NCBI GenBank assembly: GCA_950097015.1
Contig: CATNEN010000007.1
Coordinates: 2,914,001 to 2,978,000 of the forward strand
Origin: Macrostomum hystrix
Taxonomy: Eukaryota; Animalia; Platyhelminthes
Reading direction: 5' to 3'
Length of the DNA: 64,000 bases
Shown: in pieces, positions 60,245 to 64,000 of the stretch
How positions within the stretch are numbered: position 1 is the first letter of the stretch
Layout: the number at the start of each line of letters is the position of its first letter
Made by a program: the position numbers and the translations under genes
Notes under the pieces: model-generated
The model's input: the letters and a program-made list of their open reading frames with translations, nothing else
Told to the model about the DNA's origin: nothing
Database searches by the model: none

Positions 60245-62940
60245 TTCTTCTCTCACACTCGATTCTCTTCTTAAACTCTCTCATCTCCTTCTCACACTCG
60301 CTCGTCACTCTTCTCACACTCGCTCGTCACTCTTCTCACACTCTCTCGTCACTCTTCTCACACTCTCTCGTCACTCTTCTCACACTCTCTCGTCACTCTT
60401 CTCACACTCTCTCGTCACTCTTCTCACACTCTCTCGTCACTCTTCTCACACTCTCTCGTCACTCTTCTCACACTCTCTCGTCACTCTTCTCACACTCTCT
60501 CGTCACTCTTCTCAAACTATCTAGTCACTCTTCTCACACTCTGTAGTCAATCTTCTCACACTCTCTCGTCACTCTTCTCACGCTCTATCGTCAATCTTCT
60601 CACACTCTCTCGTCACTCTTCTCACACTCTGTAGTCAATCTTCTCACACTTTGTAGTCAATCTTCTCACACTCTGTAGTCAATCGTCTCACACTCTCTCG
60701 TCACTCTTCTCACGCTCTATCGTCAATCTTCTCACACTCTCTCGTCACTCTTCTCACACTCTGTAGTCAATCTTCTCACACTCTGTAGTCAATCTTCTCA
60801 CACTCTGTAGTCAATCTTCTCACACTCTCTCGTCACTCTTCTCACACTCTGTAGTCACTCTTCTCACACTCTGTAGTCAATCTTCACACACTCTGTAGTC
60901 AATCTTCTCACAATCTGTAGTCAATCTTCTCACACTCTGTAGTCAATCTTCTCACACTCTGTAGTCAATCTTCTCACACTCTCTCGTCACTCTTCTCACA
61001 CTCTCTCGTCACTCTTCTCACACTCTCTAGTCAATCTTCTCACACTCTCTCGTCACTCTTCTCACACTCTCTCGTCACTCTTCTCAAACTATCTAGTCAC
61101 TCTTCTCACACTCTGTAGTCAATCTTCTCACACTCTGTAGTCAATCTTCTCACACTCTCTAGTCAATCTTCTCACGCTCTCTCGTCACTCTTCTCACACT
61201 CTCTCGTCACTCTTCTCACACTCTGTAGTCAATCTTCTCACGCTCTCTCGTCAATCTTCTCACACTCTCTCGTCACTCTTCTCACGCTCTCTCGTCACTC
61301 TTCTCACACTCTCTCGTCACTCTTCTCACACTCTGTAGTCAATCTTCTCACACTCTGTAGTCAATCTTCTCACACTCTGTAGTCAATCTTCTCACACTCT
61401 GTAGTCAATCTTCTCACGCTCTCTCGTCAATCTTCTCACACTCTCTCGTCACTCTTCTCACACTCTCTCGTCACTCTTCTCACACTCTGTAGTCAATCTT
61501 CTCACACTCTGTAGTCAATCTTCTCACACTCTCTCGTCAATCTTCTCACGCTCTCTCGTCACTCTTCTCACACTCTCTCGTCACTCTTCTCACACTCTGT
61601 AGTCAATCTTCTCACACTCTGTAGTCAATCTTCTCACACTCTGTAGTCAATCTTCTCACACTCTGTAGTCAATCTTCTCACGCTCTCTCGTCACTCTTCT
61701 CACACTCTCTCGTCACTCTTCTCACACTCTGTAGTCAATCTTCTCACACTCTGTAGTCAATCTTCTCACACTCTGTAGTCAATCTTCTCACGCTCTCTCG
61801 TCAATCTTCTCACACTCTGTAGTCAATCTTCTCACGCTCTCTCGTCAATCTTCTCACGCTCTCTCGTCAATCTTCTCACACTCTCTCGTCACTCTTCTCA
61901 CACTCTCTCGTCACTCTTCTCACACTCTCTCGTCACTCTTCTCACACTCTCTCGTCACTCTTCTCACACTCTCTCGTCACTCTTCTCACACTCTGTAGTC
62001 AATCTTCTCACACTCTCTCGTCAATCTTCTCACGCTCTCTCGTCACTCTTCTCACACTCTCTAGTCAATCTTCTCACACTCTCTCGTCAATCTTCTCACA
62101 CTCTCTCGTCACTCTTCTCACACTCTCTCGTCACTCTTCTCACACTCTCTCGTCAATCTTCTCACACTCTGTAGTCAATCTTCTCACGCTCTCTCGTCAA
62201 TCTTCTCACACTCTGTAGTCAATCTTCTCACGCTCTCTCGTCAATCTTCTCACGCTCTCTCGTCAATCTTCTCACACTCTCTCGTCACTCTTCTCACACT
62301 CTCTCGTCACTCTTCTCACACTCTCTCGTCACTCTTCTCACACTCTCTCGTCACTCTTCTCACACTCTCTCGTCACTCTTCTCACACTCTGTAGTCAATC
62401 TTCTCACACTCTGTAGTCAATCTTCTCACGCTCTCTCGTCACTCTTCTCACACTCTCTAGTCAATCTTCTCACACTCTCTCGTCAATCTTCTCACACTCT
62501 CTCGTCACTCTTCTCACACTCTCTCGTCACTCTTCTCACACTCTCTCGTCAATCTTCTCACACTCTGTAGTCAATCTTCTCACACTCTCTCGTCAATCTT
62601 CTCACACTCTGTAGTCAATCTTCTCACACTCTCTCGTCAATCTTCTCACACTCTGTAGTCAATCTTCTCACACTCTCTCGTCAATCTTTTCACACTCTCT
62701 CGTCACTCTTCTCACACTCTCTAGTCAATCTTCTCACACTCTCTCGTCAATCTTCTCACACTCTGTAGTCAATCTTCTCACACTCTCTCGTCAATCTTCT
62801 CACACTCTGTAGTCAATCTTCTCACACTCTCTCGTCAATCTCCTCACACTCTGTAGTCAATCTTCTCACACTCTCTCGACAATCTTCTCACACTCTGTAG
62901 TCAATCTTCTCACGCTCTCTCGTCAATCTTCTCCCACTCG
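60245..62940. repeat. 22-bp minisatellite with two main variants (tcttctcacactctctcgtcac / tcttctcacactctgtagtcaa), about 120 copies
   Basis: Period 22 (60361 to 60383). Confidence 0.97.
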
Positions 62941-63130
62941 CTTGCCTCTCTCATCCCAATACCATATTCTCAGATTTTTCTCTTAACTCCCTAAGTTAGC
63001 ATTGGTATTGTTATTATATATTTAACTATTTTTAATTCTAATTCGGATTATAAGGCAATAACTTTTCCATGCAGCAAGCATTTTCTTCATCATATAATTT
63101 TGTTGATAATGAAAGCGGCGAACAAACCTA

Positions 63131-63153
63131 GTCACGTGACTTTGACACGTGTC
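63131..63153. promoter_or_regulatory. Paired extended E-box palindromes GTCACGTGAC and GACACGTGTC
   Basis: Two 10-bp palindromes 3 bp apart; GTCACGTGAC is the USF/MiT-TFE (CLEAR-type) site. Confidence 0.4.
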
Positions 63154-63657
63154 GCTTCGAGATGGCCCATCTCTCCATGGACAAAGGAAGATCGCCAATA
63201 AGCTAGTCTGATCATTAACCTTCCAGTCCGATGTTAACAAGGCCAATAAAAGCCAGGAAAAACAATGTTAAATGCTTTATATTTGAGCCAGACATTCGTG
63301 TTCAACACCTGTGCAACACACTCCCACAAGCTGACCATAGCAAATTATATTATCATTGTTTTCCGAGGAGATGCATGGACAGCATCGATCTGAAGCGAAT
63401 AGGATCAAACTCGGAGTCGTATTATCTTTTTATTCTCCCCCGAGGGCGGCCCGAACAGCTGGGGGCTTGACTGTGAAGGAAGTGTGTCAAAATTTCCCAA
63501 CGATTTAATCCTCATCCAATGCAATGGAAAAAGTAGGGCTGGCGACAATTGTGTAGCCAGGGGGGACAGTGACCAGCCAGTGGGTTAAGCCGCGAAATTT
63601 TATTTAAGCCCCGCGTCACAATATTATTCCGTCTCCCCAGAAGCTAAATCCAAATGG

Positions 63658-63671
63658 TTGCCATGCCAACC
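63658..63671. promoter_or_regulatory. Near-perfect RFX X-box GTTGCCATGCCAAC
   Basis: One mismatch to the GTTGCCATGGCAAC consensus, in unique non-coding sequence near the window end. Confidence 0.45.
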
Positions 63672-64000
63672 GCGCTGTGAGATTCGACTAGAGCTTGGGT
63701 GCTAAAAACACACGTTCTCACTTCTGTATAGAATGGGATTTCAATCTCTCAACAATGCGAACGGGTGTTCCGGTGACAATTAGACCGGATAACAATCCCG
63801 CTTGAAATCTCACTTTCTTTTCATGCGAGTCAAATATAGAGCTTTAGGAAAATTATAACCGTAGGTGCCACCGCTAATGCCACGGCCCCCCTGTAGGTTT
63901 AACTACCAAAACTGTTGTCGGGCTTGAGTCTAACTGATGCATTAGCGGCTGTTAAATCCCATCGAGATAGTTGCTATAGTAAAACAACGAGTATTTCTTA

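Overview
Eukaryotic (metazoan) genomic DNA with GT-AG introns and GC-rich exons. Most long introns are filled with short-unit tandem repeats. This architecture is most consistent with a flatworm such as Macrostomum, but that is inference only. Genes reconstructed by hand with phase-consistent splice junctions: (1) the 3' part of a C-type-lectin-domain gene whose domain lacks the canonical cysteines; (2) an intron-retaining beta-tubulin pseudogene (-) with a perfect RFX X-box upstream; (3) a 2-exon gene with a SUMO-like domain; (4) a 14-exon WDR78/DNAI4 dynein intermediate chain gene (+, about 808 aa) that hosts an intact Tc1/IS630-type transposon with unusual DD30E spacing and a nested antisense paraxis/scleraxis bHLH gene; (5) a secreted modular lectin with signal peptide, AbfB/CBM42-like, F-type lectin x2 and AbfB-like modules built from phase 1-1 exons; (6) a 10-exon HUNK/AMPK-related Ser/Thr kinase (about 633 aa over 17.5 kb). 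The window also has three Ty3/gypsy fragments, a LINE RNase H remnant, a tRNA-derived SINE family and about 30 minisatellite arrays. Most long repetitive ORFs in the supplied track are artefacts of these arrays. The most intriguing signals are the 41-bp intronic satellite whose unit looks like a 34-nt mini-intron plus a 7-nt micro-exon, the AbfB/F-lectin mosaic, the DD30E transposon and the systematic filling of introns with minisatellites.
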